A stretch of 64,000 bases of DNA from Clostridia bacterium (GTDB taxonomy: Bacteria > Bacillota > Clostridia > Christensenellales > CAG-138). Each line of letters begins with the position of its first letter. Position 1 is the stretch's first letter. The notes beneath the pieces were generated by a model, which searched no databases, was not told the DNA's origin, and saw nothing but the letters and a program-made list of their open reading frames with translations. Both the position numbers and the translations under genes were made by a program. Below are positions 34,998 to 44,055 of this stretch, piece by piece. The stretch lies in assembly GCA_036651815.1 (NCBI GenBank), contig JAVVXB010000005.1, positions 2,107-66,106 on the forward strand, read 5' to 3'.

Positions 34998-36485
34998 CTA
35001 CATTCTACCATAGATCCGGCACATCTGCGCGATTCTAGCGGCAAGCGCATCGTTTAATTGTCCCGGTTGCAGCCGCCAGCGCCAATTGTTACCGCCCAAG
35101 GTACCAGGCGTATTCATACGTGCTGTAGCATCAAGTCCCAAATAGTCCTGCAACTGCGCAATAAACAAATCCGCCACCGAACCCATGCCGCCGCGGATGA
35201 GCCCCCAGTGATATCCTTCCTCCGCATTGAGGCCCAGATAGCGTACCGCCACCGCAATATCCTCCTCTGCCGCCTCCGAAAACCAACCGACCGCAGTGGT
35301 GTTGTCGTGCGTCCCGGTATAGCAGACACAGTGACGCGGATAAGTATGGGGCAGGTAGTTGCTAGGTTCGCGGGCATCAAAGGCAAACTGCAGCACCTTC
35401 ATGCCGGGATACCCGCTGGCATCCACCAGCGCGCGGACATCATCGGTTAAAAAGCCCAGATCTTCAGCAATAATCTGAAGATGTCGGAACTGCTGCTTGA
35501 GCACGTCTATCAAGTGCAGCCCAGGCCCCGTAATCCACTCACCGTTGCGTGCAGTGATTTCATCCACCGGTACGCGCCAGAAGCTGGATAATCCACGAAA
35601 ATGATCGATCCGAATGACATCAAATAATTCCGACGCAGCCTGCATGCGGCGCCTCCACCAAGCATATCCCGTGTCACGCATGTGCCCCCAGTCATAGAGC
35701 GGATTGCCCCAGAGCTGTCCATCCGCCGAGAAATAGTCCGGTGGTACGCCAGCAACCGCCAGAGGTCTGCGCGACTCGTCCAGCTGGAACTCCTCCGGCG
35801 CGGCCCATACATCCGCAGAATCCAACGGAACATAGATAGGTAGATCCCCGATGATCTGTACGCCTTGTTCGTTTGCATATGTCTTGAGTGCCAAAAATTG
35901 CATACTAAATGTATACTGAATAAACCGGTAGAACGACATGCGTTGCGCATATTTCATCCGGCAACGATCCACTGCATCAGGCTTACGCAGACGGATATCC
36001 TCCGGCCACTCCGTCCATGGACGGCCGCCATTTGCATCCTTGAGTGCCATAAACAGTGCGTAATCCTCGAGCCAATCCCCGTTTTGACGTACATAGCCCG
36101 TAAGCGCGTCCATGCGCACATCGTTCTGCCGAAAAGCATCAAAGGCATGTTCCAACACCGCAAAGCGGCTTTGAAAGATTTTCCCATAGTTGACACAACC
36201 CGGTTCATTGCCCCAGTCCCTGTCGGCAACATCTTCCGATTTCAGTAGCCCTTGCTCAATCAGTTGATCCAAATCCACAAAATACGGATTGCCTGCAACC
36301 GCAGAGAAGGACTGGTATGGAGAATCGCCAAAGCTGGTCGGTCCAAGTGGCAACACCTGCCAATAGCGCTGCTTTGCTCGCTTTAAAAAGTCCACAAATT
36401 CATAGGCAGCCCTACCGAATGTGCCAATGCCATACGGGGAGGGCAGCGATGAAATGTGCATGAGTATCCCGCTGGATCGTTGCAT
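34998..36485 (-). CDS. malQ: 4-alpha-glucanotransferase (amylomaltase, GH77)
   Basis: Start chosen at ATG 36485 (MQRSSGILMHISSLPSPYGIGTFG, the typical MalQ N-terminus). IDHFRG and GTHDN motifs. The upstream 87 codons of the track ORF overlap the permease gene and are not used. Confidence 0.9.
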   Translation of the reverse strand: MQRSSGILMHISSLPSPYGIGTFGRAAYEFVDFLKRAKQRYWQVLPLGPTSFGDSPYQSFSAVAGNPYFVDLDQLIEQGLLKSEDVADRDWGNEPGCVNYGKIFQSRFAVLEHAFDAFRQNDVRMDALTGYVRQNGDWLEDYALFMALKDANGGRPWTEWPEDIRLRKPDAVDRCRMKYAQRMSFYRFIQYTFSMQFLALKTYANEQGVQIIGDLPIYVPLDSADVWAAPEEFQLDESRRPLAVAGVPPDYFSADGQLWGNPLYDWGHMRDTGYAWWRRRMQAASELFDVIRIDHFRGLSSFWRVPVDEITARNGEWITGPGLHLIDVLKQQFRHLQIIAEDLGFLTDDVRALVDASGYPGMKVLQFAFDAREPSNYLPHTYPRHCVCYTGTHDNTTAVGWFSEAAEEDIAVAVRYLGLNAEEGYHWGLIRGGMGSVADLFIAQLQDYLGLDATARMNTPGTLGGNNWRWRLQPGQLNDALAARIAQMCRIYGRM

Positions 36486-36558
36486 ACTTGCTATATCCCA
36501 ATCTGTTTTGATTTTATTTTCACAGCGCCGTACACGCCATTGCCTTGTTACATAATCT

Positions 36559-36599
36559 GCGGCAAGAGGTGCCTGGACAGGGTCCGGACATCTTGCCGC
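36559..36599 (-). other. GC-rich stem-loop between the permease gene and malQ
   Basis: Perfect 9-bp inverted repeat GCGGCAAGA (36559-36567) / TCTTGCCGC (36591-36599) with an internally pairing loop. No U-tract on either strand. Confidence 0.5.
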
Positions 36600-36649
36600 A
36601 GGAGAATCCCCCACTGGTTTAAACGCCGATGAACTGTTGATGCATTCGA

Positions 36650-37489
36650 TCAGCCCTTCACCGCACCATCGACAACACCCTTGATGATGTATTTCTGTGC
36701 CGCCAAATAAAACAGAATAATTGGGATGATGGCAAGCACAAGGCACGCCATGATCGCGCCCATATCCACGCGCCCGTATCCACCGCGCAGATATTGAATG
36801 ACAATCGGTATCGTCTTATACCGTTTGAGATCCAGCACAAGATACGGCAGCAGATAATCGTTCCAAATCCACATCGTCTCGAGAATTCCAACGGAGATAT
36901 AGGTAGGCTTCAAAATCGGCAGCACCACGCGGAAGAAGGTTTGCAGCGGGTTACATCCGTCTATCATGGCTGCTTCTTCGATTTCCACCGGAATGCTCTT
37001 GACAAACCCGCTGAACATGAACACCGCCAGACCCGCGCCAAACCCCAGATAGACCACGATAATCCCCCAGGGCGTTCCAAGTCCCAGCATATTGGCCGTT
37101 TTGCTCAGGGTGAACATAACCATTTGGAACGGCACGACCATGGAAAAAATGCAGAGATAATAGATCATCTTCGTCCACTTTGTCTTGACCCGATTGATAA
37201 ACCACGCACACATGGACGTACAGAGCAAAATTGCAATAACCGAGCCAACAGTGATGATAACCGAATAACCGAAGTATTTGAAGAATTCAATCTTCTGTAC
37301 CCCGGAAACATAGTTTTCCAGTCCCACAAAGCTCTCCGCATTGGGCAAGGCGAACGGACTGAGATTAATAAAGGTCTTTTCTTTGAAAGAATTGGTGAGT
37401 ATCAGCACGATCGGCAACACATAGACCACCGCCAATATTGCAAAGAACACCGTCAGCGCCATATTGGCACGCTTATCACGCTTGAGCAT
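36650..37489 (-). CDS. Carbohydrate ABC transporter permease (MalG-type)
   Basis: 279 aa, 6 TM. EAA loop IEEAAMIDGCNPLQTFFRVVLP. Confidence 0.9.
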   Translation of the reverse strand: MLKRDKRANMALTVFFAILAVVYVLPIVLILTNSFKEKTFINLSPFALPNAESFVGLENYVSGVQKIEFFKYFGYSVIITVGSVIAILLCTSMCAWFINRVKTKWTKMIYYLCIFSMVVPFQMVMFTLSKTANMLGLGTPWGIIVVYLGFGAGLAVFMFSGFVKSIPVEIEEAAMIDGCNPLQTFFRVVLPILKPTYISVGILETMWIWNDYLLPYLVLDLKRYKTIPIVIQYLRGGYGRVDMGAIMACLVLAIIPIILFYLAAQKYIIKGVVDGAVKG

Positions 37490-38331
37490 TAGGACTGCAC
37501 CTCCTTGCGTCGGGTCAGCTGCAATTGTGCCACTGCAATGACCACAACCAGCAGAAAGAACACAACCGCCTTGGCTTGGCCAACTCCCTGCCAGCCCGTG
37601 CGGCCATAGAACGTATCATAAATATTCAAGGCCAGCATCTGGCTCATCTTGGCCGGTTCACCGCCGGTCAGCGACAGGTTTTGGTCAAAGAGTTTGAACG
37701 AATTTGTGAGCGTTAGAAACGTGCAGATGGTGATGGACGGCATCAGCATGGGGAGGGTAACCCGAAAGAACGTCTGCGACTTGTTGGCACCGTCAATCTT
37801 GGCCGCCTCCATCACGTCCCCGGGAATCGACTGTAGACCAGCAATATAGATAATCATCATATAACCGATCTGCTGCCAGCACATAAGGATGACCAATCCC
37901 CAGAAACCGTAGTTTTCCGAATAGGTCAGCGTACGGCCGAAATTCATCAAAATGCCATTAAAAATCAACTGCCAAATATAGCCAAGCACGATTCCGCCAA
38001 TCAGGTTCGGCATGAAAAACACCGTGCGGAACGTATTGGTGCCGCGGATGCTGCGGGTGAGTGCCATAGCGATAAGCAATGCACAAACGTTGATGACAAC
38101 CAGTGACACAATGGCAAACAGTGCCGTGAACCAAAACGCATGTATAAACGTTGCATCGCCCCAGAGCTTTAGATAGTTGTCAACCCCAACCCATCTAGCA
38201 TCAGTAACGGTGGTAAACTTGCAAAAGGAAAGATAGATGCCCTCTAAAAAAGGCACCAGAAATCCAATGGTAAACGCCAATAGCGTTGGTAGAGCAAAGA
38301 TGGGAAAATATTTTTTTATGGCGCGTTCCAT
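37489..38331 (-). CDS. Sugar ABC transporter permease (MalF-type)
   Basis: 280 aa. EAA loop VMEAAKIDGANKSQTFFRVTLP. Confidence 0.9.
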   Translation of the reverse strand: MERAIKKYFPIFALPTLLAFTIGFLVPFLEGIYLSFCKFTTVTDARWVGVDNYLKLWGDATFIHAFWFTALFAIVSLVVINVCALLIAMALTRSIRGTNTFRTVFFMPNLIGGIVLGYIWQLIFNGILMNFGRTLTYSENYGFWGLVILMCWQQIGYMMIIYIAGLQSIPGDVMEAAKIDGANKSQTFFRVTLPMLMPSITICTFLTLTNSFKLFDQNLSLTGGEPAKMSQMLALNIYDTFYGRTGWQGVGQAKAVVFFLLVVVIAVAQLQLTRRKEVQS

Positions 38332-38429
38332 AAGTCAGCCCCCTTTATACGGAACAGTTGATGCCGGCAGCACGGCCGACGCAGTAACAGCCCGCACCTC
38401 GATAGATTAGGTGGTATTCCTAGAAGCAA

Positions 38430-38557
38430 AATTTGCGGTTTCGAATGGATTTTTTATCAATCCAAGCGGAGAATTCGCGATTTTACTGAAAATAAATCTA
38501 GAATTCAGAGCGCCAATCTGGTAGAAAAAGAACCTGAAAACGCTTTTCACGGAATTT
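38430..38557. repeat. Intergenic repeat element, copy B (~120 nt)
   Basis: AATTTGCGGTTTCG (38430-38443), AAGCGGAGAATT (38464-38475), GAAAACGCTTTTC (38536-38548), GGAATTT (38551-38557). Block order and spacing match copy A (block 1 to block 3 is 117 vs 119 nt). Confidence 0.6.
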
Positions 38558-38590
38558 AGAAATACATTTTAGTATAACCAACTTTCGCTT

Positions 38591-38625
38591 GAAAAGAAAG
38601 GGTGAACTGTGTAGTTCACCCTTTC
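38591..38625 (-). terminator. Intra-operon terminator/attenuator after the binding-protein gene
   Basis: Minus strand: GAAAGGGUGAACU-acac-AGUUCACCCUUUC then UUUUC, 15 nt after the SBP stop and upstream of the permease genes. Confidence 0.7.
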
Positions 38626-38639
38626 CGTGGTTCTAACGG

Positions 38640-39938
38640 TTATTCTGCATGAGCAGCCGCATATTCGGTTGCCCAGCCATCCACAAACGCGGTTACGACG
38701 CCCGCCCATTCGCCGGTACCGGCAGCATAGGCAGTCAGTGCGGAACCAAGACCGTTCTTCCATTCTTCGGAAGGCATTGTGGTGAAGCACCACTTGACGG
38801 AGGTCTTGCCCGTGGCAATGTAATCGTTGGCAGCGCGGATCAGCGCGTTGTCCGGCAGATACTCCGTGCCAAAGGATTTGAACGGCGTCACAAAGCCCAT
38901 GTCGTTGGCCATGCAGGTACGGCCTTCGTCAGAGGTAATCACCCAGTTCAGAAAATCCAAGGTGGCTTTCTGGTCTGCTTCGCTGGCCTTGTTATTGACG
39001 CACCAGTAGTTCTCGGAACCAGTGCAAAGCCCCTGATTCTCCTCACCATCTACACCAATGTAGATGGGCAGCATGCCCAGGTTCTCGTCACCAAGATCCT
39101 TAATGTCGTTGTAAGCCCAAGTGCCGTTCTGATAGAACGCAGCTTTTCCGGTCTTGAATTCTGCAACCGCATCGTCGCCAGTCTTGCTGGAAAGCAACGC
39201 TGCATCGGTCGTGGAATCGGTGATATACAGATCCCAGATGGCCTTATAGTTGTCGAGGAACGTGCCCTTGATGGCAGCTGTTTCGCCGATGCCATCCGCC
39301 GCATATTCATAGTAAACGGGTAGGTTGGCAAGATGGGTCTTGAATCTCCAGTCGGAGGAACCATCCATGCCCGCGGAGGTGAAGGCACCTTCGATGCCAA
39401 GGTCGGCCTTCTTGGCCTGCATGTCGTCTGCGACGGCCTTGAGGGTTGCGAAGTTATTGATCTCGGAAACGTCTTTGATCAGTGCACCGGTCATCGCGGC
39501 ATACTTGTCGATGATGGCCTTGTTGTAGATGATGCCATAAGTCTCGATAACATACGCAATCCCGTAGACCGCGTCGCCCTCTTTTAAGGCAAAGTCATCG
39601 CTCGTCAGCTGTTTGTAAACTTCACTGGCGGACAGATCCGCGCAATAGCCCTTCCAGTTGTTGAGGCCGACAGGTCCGTTCACCTGGAACAGCGTGGGCG
39701 CTTCGGTCTTGGCAATTTCGCTTGTCAGCGTGCTTTCATAGGTGCCGGAAGCTGCGGTAACCACGGTGACCGGGATCTTGGTCTGCTCCGTATAGGTCTT
39801 GGCAAGCTGCTGCCACTGTGCATCTTGCTCCGGTTTAAAGTTGAGATAATAGACGGACGCGGTGTCTGCTTTTTTGCAGCCGGCAAACATGCCAACTGCC
39901 ATGACAAGCACCAAAATCAGGGCGATTGTTTTTTTCAT
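38640..39938 (-). CDS. Carbohydrate ABC transporter substrate-binding lipoprotein (maltodextrin-type by context)
   Basis: 432 aa. Lipobox MFAGC. Family-1 SBP architecture. First gene of the operon with two permeases and malQ. Confidence 0.88.
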   Translation of the reverse strand: MKKTIALILVLVMAVGMFAGCKKADTASVYYLNFKPEQDAQWQQLAKTYTEQTKIPVTVVTAASGTYESTLTSEIAKTEAPTLFQVNGPVGLNNWKGYCADLSASEVYKQLTSDDFALKEGDAVYGIAYVIETYGIIYNKAIIDKYAAMTGALIKDVSEINNFATLKAVADDMQAKKADLGIEGAFTSAGMDGSSDWRFKTHLANLPVYYEYAADGIGETAAIKGTFLDNYKAIWDLYITDSTTDAALLSSKTGDDAVAEFKTGKAAFYQNGTWAYNDIKDLGDENLGMLPIYIGVDGEENQGLCTGSENYWCVNNKASEADQKATLDFLNWVITSDEGRTCMANDMGFVTPFKSFGTEYLPDNALIRAANDYIATGKTSVKWCFTTMPSEEWKNGLGSALTAYAAGTGEWAGVVTAFVDGWATEYAAAHAE

Positions 39939-40027
39939 AATTGATCCTTCCTATTCTTTGATTTGTATTTTCCAGCACACGTTGCGCATGCTAAGAAACC
40001 ATAATAATGTGATTGTACATCCCTTTA

Positions 40028-41050
40028 TCAAGCCTGGTAGGTAAGCACCGATCCCCCCGGCCGCAGCGTGGTCTTGAACGTAACGTTGCGGTGCTGCCCG
40101 TGCCCCTCAATCAGATCGATCAGCGTTCTGGCGCAAGCAAGCCCCATCTCCTCTGCCGGCTGCACAAGGGTGGTGAGCGTTGGCAACATATAAGCGGAAA
40201 GCTCCAAGCCATCGATGGCTACAACGGAGCAATCGTCCGGCACGCGCCGTCCCCGGTCACTGAGTGCCTTGATAGCCGCAATGGCCATTAGGTCAGCAAT
40301 GGCGAAGATGGCCGTGAACGCCGCACCGCGGTCGATCATATCGGTCACCGACCGGTAAATAGCGCCCATATCCGAAAAGCTTTTGGAGCAAGCAACCAAA
40401 TTTCGGTCAAAGGCGATGCCACGTTCCGCCAGCGCGGACCGATATCCTTCTGTGCGCAGTTCGCTGATGGAGGTATCATGCTCATCGTTGCAAAGGATGG
40501 CGATCTTTCGATGACCCAGTTCATAAAGTGTATGGACAGCAAGCCGCGCAGCCTGCTTATCATCAATCGCAACCGAGGAATAGGTATCCAGCGCGAGGCT
40601 ACCAAAGGAATTTGTATAGGTACACATGACAAATGGAACCGTGATGCAAGCAATATCCTCGGGCACATAGTTGAATCGCCCGCCAAGAAACAGGATGCCC
40701 CGTAACTTACGTTCCGTCACCAGCAACGCGGCCGCATGCAGTTCATCCTCGGACGTGTCTATCTGGTGCAATTCCAACGTGAAACCCCGCTCAGTCACCT
40801 CACGTTCAATGGCTTTAATCAGTTTTGCAAAAAACGGATTGTTCACACCCTTGACCAGCAATGCGATTGCATCGGACGTCGTTCTTACCAAATTTCTTGC
40901 ACTGTTGTTGGGAATATAGTGAAACCGTTCCACGGCTTCCATCACTTTTATACGCGTCTGTTCGCTCACATCCGGATGATCGTTGAGTACGCGCGAGACG
41001 GTGCTGACAGCAACGTCGCAATACTGCGCAATATCCTTGATATTCGTCAT
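40028..41050 (-). CDS. LacI family transcriptional regulator
   Basis: Start chosen at ATG 41050 (MTNIKDIAQYCDVAVSTVSRVLN, HTH_LacI). The C-terminal part is a periplasmic-binding-fold sugar sensor. Confidence 0.9.
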   Translation of the reverse strand: MTNIKDIAQYCDVAVSTVSRVLNDHPDVSEQTRIKVMEAVERFHYIPNNSARNLVRTTSDAIALLVKGVNNPFFAKLIKAIEREVTERGFTLELHQIDTSEDELHAAALLVTERKLRGILFLGGRFNYVPEDIACITVPFVMCTYTNSFGSLALDTYSSVAIDDKQAARLAVHTLYELGHRKIAILCNDEHDTSISELRTEGYRSALAERGIAFDRNLVACSKSFSDMGAIYRSVTDMIDRGAAFTAIFAIADLMAIAAIKALSDRGRRVPDDCSVVAIDGLELSAYMLPTLTTLVQPAEEMGLACARTLIDLIEGHGQHRNVTFKTTLRPGGSVLTYQA

Positions 41051-41491
41051 GGTGATGCTCTCCGAAACTCTATGGACAATTAGTAGGAAACGTTCCCGGT
41101 AACGATACTGGTAACGTTTCCGGTTCTTCGAGATCATTCTATCACCGCCATTTCCCATTGTCAACTCGTTTTGGCCAAAATCAGGAATATATTTCCTTCT
41201 TCTTGCACTTGTTTCTAAAGAAGACATCGCTGATCCGCGTGTTTTTTTGTCGGTTTAAACAGAAGTTTTACGCAACGACGGGGCATATCCAGAATTATAG
41301 GTGCAGGAATAACAAAATTAGATTCTGATAATGTGCTTCGAAAATCGAAAAATACAGCTTAATATAATCATCTCGATTATGCAGGATTGTACCCCCACAA
41401 TTTTTTTAATAATTATATAAACAAGATTCGTTACACTCGCTGGATTCTGGTATACTAAGTAAGAATCATATATATAAGGGAGGGTGCATCT

Positions 41492-42784
41492 GTGGAAAAA
41501 CGCATGGTCAAGTGCCTGGTATGCGGCGCAGTTTTTGAAGAAGGTATCGAGGTGTGTCCCGTCTGCGGTGTTGGGCCGGAAAATTTTGTGCCCGTGGAAT
41601 CGGATCACGGGATTCAGTTTTCGCTGGATACGGACGAAAAGGTTGTCATTCTGGGAACGGGCATCGCTGCGCTATCTGCCGCAACCGCTCTGCGTGAGCG
41701 CAATGCGGACTGCGATATTCTGATGCTTTCCAACGAACGCGCCCTTCCTTATAATCGTCCGATGCTCACCAAAAACATGTTGCAAAAAAATGGCCGGGAT
41801 GCTTTTGCCGTCCATGGCGCATCCTGGTATGCCGAACGCAATATTCGGCTGATTACTGATGAAATTGTCTCCTCGCTGGATACAGAGCGCAAGCTGATTG
41901 GACTATCCGACGATACGACCATTTCCTATGATAAGTGCATCTATGCGCTTGGCGCCCGGAGTTTTGTCCCGCCGCTGACGGGTACACATCTGCCGGAAGC
42001 GGTCACCATCCGCTCGCTGGATGATATCGAGCGAATCGCAAAGCTGATTACCGGCATTGAGAGTGCCGTGGTGATTGGCGGCGGCGTGCTGGGACTAGAA
42101 GCCGCATGGGAACTTAAAAAAGCCGGGTTAGCCGTAACCGTACTGGAAGCGTCCGAACGCCTGCTTAAACGTCAGTTGGACTTGCCGGCCTCCGAGCTGT
42201 TGCAATCCATCGCGGTAAAAAACGACATCCAAGTACGCACCGATGCCATCACCGAATGCATTGAAGGTGATGAGCATGTCTCCGGCGTACGCCTTAAGGA
42301 TGGTGTGCTGCTGCCAGCGCAGTTGGTCATCGTTTCCACAGGAGTACGCGCCAATACAAAAATTGCCGAAGATGCTGGTTTGACCGTCAAACGTGCGGTG
42401 GTGGTCAATCAATACATGGAAACCAGTGCAAAGAACGTCTGGGCCTGCGGCGACTGCGCGGAATTTGACGGCGTAAACTATTCCATCTGGCCGGAAGCAA
42501 CCCAAATGGGCGAAACCGCTGGCGCAAACGCAGCTGGCGAACACATGGCTTACAGCAATCCTCTGCCGGGGCTGACGCTGAACACCATGCACACGTCCCT
42601 GTTTGCCATTGGCGATGTGGGCGTAGACCCCCATCAGGTCTACGAGGTCACGCGTACCTGCGATGAAAACGCAAAAACTATGCATACCGAATACCACGTG
42701 AATGGCAAGCTGGTAGGCGGTATTCTCATCGGCGATCCTTCCTCCATGGAAGCGCTCCTATCAGCGATGCCTGCACGCGGCTGA
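41492..42784 (+). CDS. Rubredoxin-like domain fused to an NAD(P)/FAD-dependent pyridine nucleotide-disulfide-family oxidoreductase
   Basis: 430 aa with a GTG start after AGGGAGG. N-terminal CLVCG...CPVCG zinc/iron ribbon. Two Rossmann GxGxxA/G motifs (ILGTGIAALSAA, VIGGGVLGLEAA). Confidence 0.8.
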   Translation: MEKRMVKCLVCGAVFEEGIEVCPVCGVGPENFVPVESDHGIQFSLDTDEKVVILGTGIAALSAATALRERNADCDILMLSNERALPYNRPMLTKNMLQKNGRDAFAVHGASWYAERNIRLITDEIVSSLDTERKLIGLSDDTTISYDKCIYALGARSFVPPLTGTHLPEAVTIRSLDDIERIAKLITGIESAVVIGGGVLGLEAAWELKKAGLAVTVLEASERLLKRQLDLPASELLQSIAVKNDIQVRTDAITECIEGDEHVSGVRLKDGVLLPAQLVIVSTGVRANTKIAEDAGLTVKRAVVVNQYMETSAKNVWACGDCAEFDGVNYSIWPEATQMGETAGANAAGEHMAYSNPLPGLTLNTMHTSLFAIGDVGVDPHQVYEVTRTCDENAKTMHTEYHVNGKLVGGILIGDPSSMEALLSAMPARG

Positions 42785-43376
42785 TTGCCCATTGTTTGTG
42801 GTCTTTATCGCGTAAAATCGCCCAGTCAGCGGTGCCAGCGTGCGGCTGAACCGATACGTTTTCCACTCGTTTCTCTGGGTTTCTACCCAATATATGCCTG
42901 GCTTTTGACCTTTGCGATTGAGAGCCAGGCATCTTTTATTGATGCCCCGGAGAATTTGTCTCATCTCAGCTACGCCAACCGTCTCATCTTCATTCATGCG
43001 GCGCAAACATTGAAGAGGCGGGCGCCACGCCTAGATTGATTCTGTCTGGATGCGCAAGAAAATAGCATTTGTGCCGCCGTCAGTGGCACATCCTGGACTT
43101 TCTCTCGTTTCAGCCGGATGAATATCCCCCCGTCTTTCCGTAGTAAACCCGGCCTTACACAAATCGATGGGCGATCTGCAGCAGCTTGTTTTCGCCTTTG
43201 TTCCATTTTTTTACTGTAAACCTAACCCATTCTCTTTTGTATGGACACAATTCGGGGATTGCCGATGCTTGTTGTTTTATGTTACAGTTTTCAAGGGTAA
43301 GCAATCGCTGCTTTCGATCAACCGGAAAATATCGAAAGTCCGTCAGATGTGAAGCACCGCCATGGGAAGGAGCCTT

Positions 43377-44054
43377 ATGCGCTTATTGATTATCGAGGAC
43401 GACACTGCTTTATGCAGCGCACTATCCCTGCATCTATCGAACGGCGGTTATGACGTGGACGTGTGCAACAGTGGCACAGACGCAGCGTATTACCTGCGTG
43501 ACAGCGCCTACAGTGCGATCATTCTCGACCGCATGCTGCCCGGTATGGACGGGTTGACGCTGCTTAAGCGCTTACGGGAAACGGGTGACGTAACCCCCGT
43601 GCTAATGCTGACAGCAATGGATGCCATTTGTGATCGTACGGCTGGGCTGGATGCCGGCGCGGACGATTACCTTGTCAAGCCCTTTGCCATGCCAGAGTTG
43701 CTTTCGCGGGTACGCGCACTAATGCGGCGACCGGCAGGATTGGGTGAGATGGGCAGACTGACATTCCTCGATTTGACGCTGGATGCGCGAAAATGTCTAT
43801 TGCGCCGCGGAAGTGCTGAATTGACGCTCTCCAGAAAAGAAGCGGCGGTTCTGGAGCTGTTGTTCGAACATTCTGAAATGGTATTATCCCGCGCACAGAT
43901 CCTATCCCGCGTTTGGGGCGGAGATGAACCGGTGGAGGAAGGAAACGTGGACAACTACATCTACTTTGTACGAAAGCGGCTAAAGACACTGGGCACATCC
44001 GCCGCCATCAAGAGTATCCACGGCGTGGGCTACACGCTCGTGAATGGTTTGTGA
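43377..44054 (+). CDS. Response regulator, OmpR/PhoB family
   Basis: Start chosen at ATG 43377 (GGAAGGAG RBS). LLIIEDD and AIILDRMLPGMDG. Winged helix ...SIHGVGYTL. Confidence 0.9.
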   Translation: MRLLIIEDDTALCSALSLHLSNGGYDVDVCNSGTDAAYYLRDSAYSAIILDRMLPGMDGLTLLKRLRETGDVTPVLMLTAMDAICDRTAGLDAGADDYLVKPFAMPELLSRVRALMRRPAGLGEMGRLTFLDLTLDARKCLLRRGSAELTLSRKEAAVLELLFEHSEMVLSRAQILSRVWGGDEPVEEGNVDNYIYFVRKRLKTLGTSAAIKSIHGVGYTLVNGL

Positions 44055-44055
44055 T

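Noticed and set aside
36486-36746. N-terminal extension of the malQ ORF in the track (582 aa). Analogous extensions exist for deoB (57523-57960), cdd (55645-55902), the LacI gene (41051-41227), the SLOG gene (30196-30564), VanZ (52018-52200) and mntP (16477-16557).
   Set aside because: The extensions overlap upstream genes or leaders and lack family similarity. Internal ATGs preceded by an RBS give proteins of canonical length and N-terminus.
38534-38550. Possible CcpA cre site (TGAAAACGCTTTTCA) in the sugar operon spacer
   Set aside because: It is one nucleotide longer than the 14-nt cre consensus, and the half-sites flank CGC rather than a central CG. The TG/CA ends are not conserved in the other copies, whereas the GAAAACGCTTTT core is. 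It is better explained as part of the repeat element.
41407-41421. PerR/Fur-like AT-rich palindrome (TAATAAT-T-ATATAAA, core ATAATTAT) upstream of the rubredoxin-fused oxidoreductase
   Set aside because: Only about 10 of 14 positions match the 7-1-7 consensus, and the spacer is extremely AT-rich, where such matches arise by chance.
42761-43206. Minus-strand ORFs (81 and 70 aa) considered as a decayed mobile-element or GIY-YIG-type gene (KPGIYWV...TYRF)
   Set aside because: The resemblance is limited to a few residues, there is no RBS, and there are no flanking inverted repeats. I cannot support a pseudogene call without a database search.
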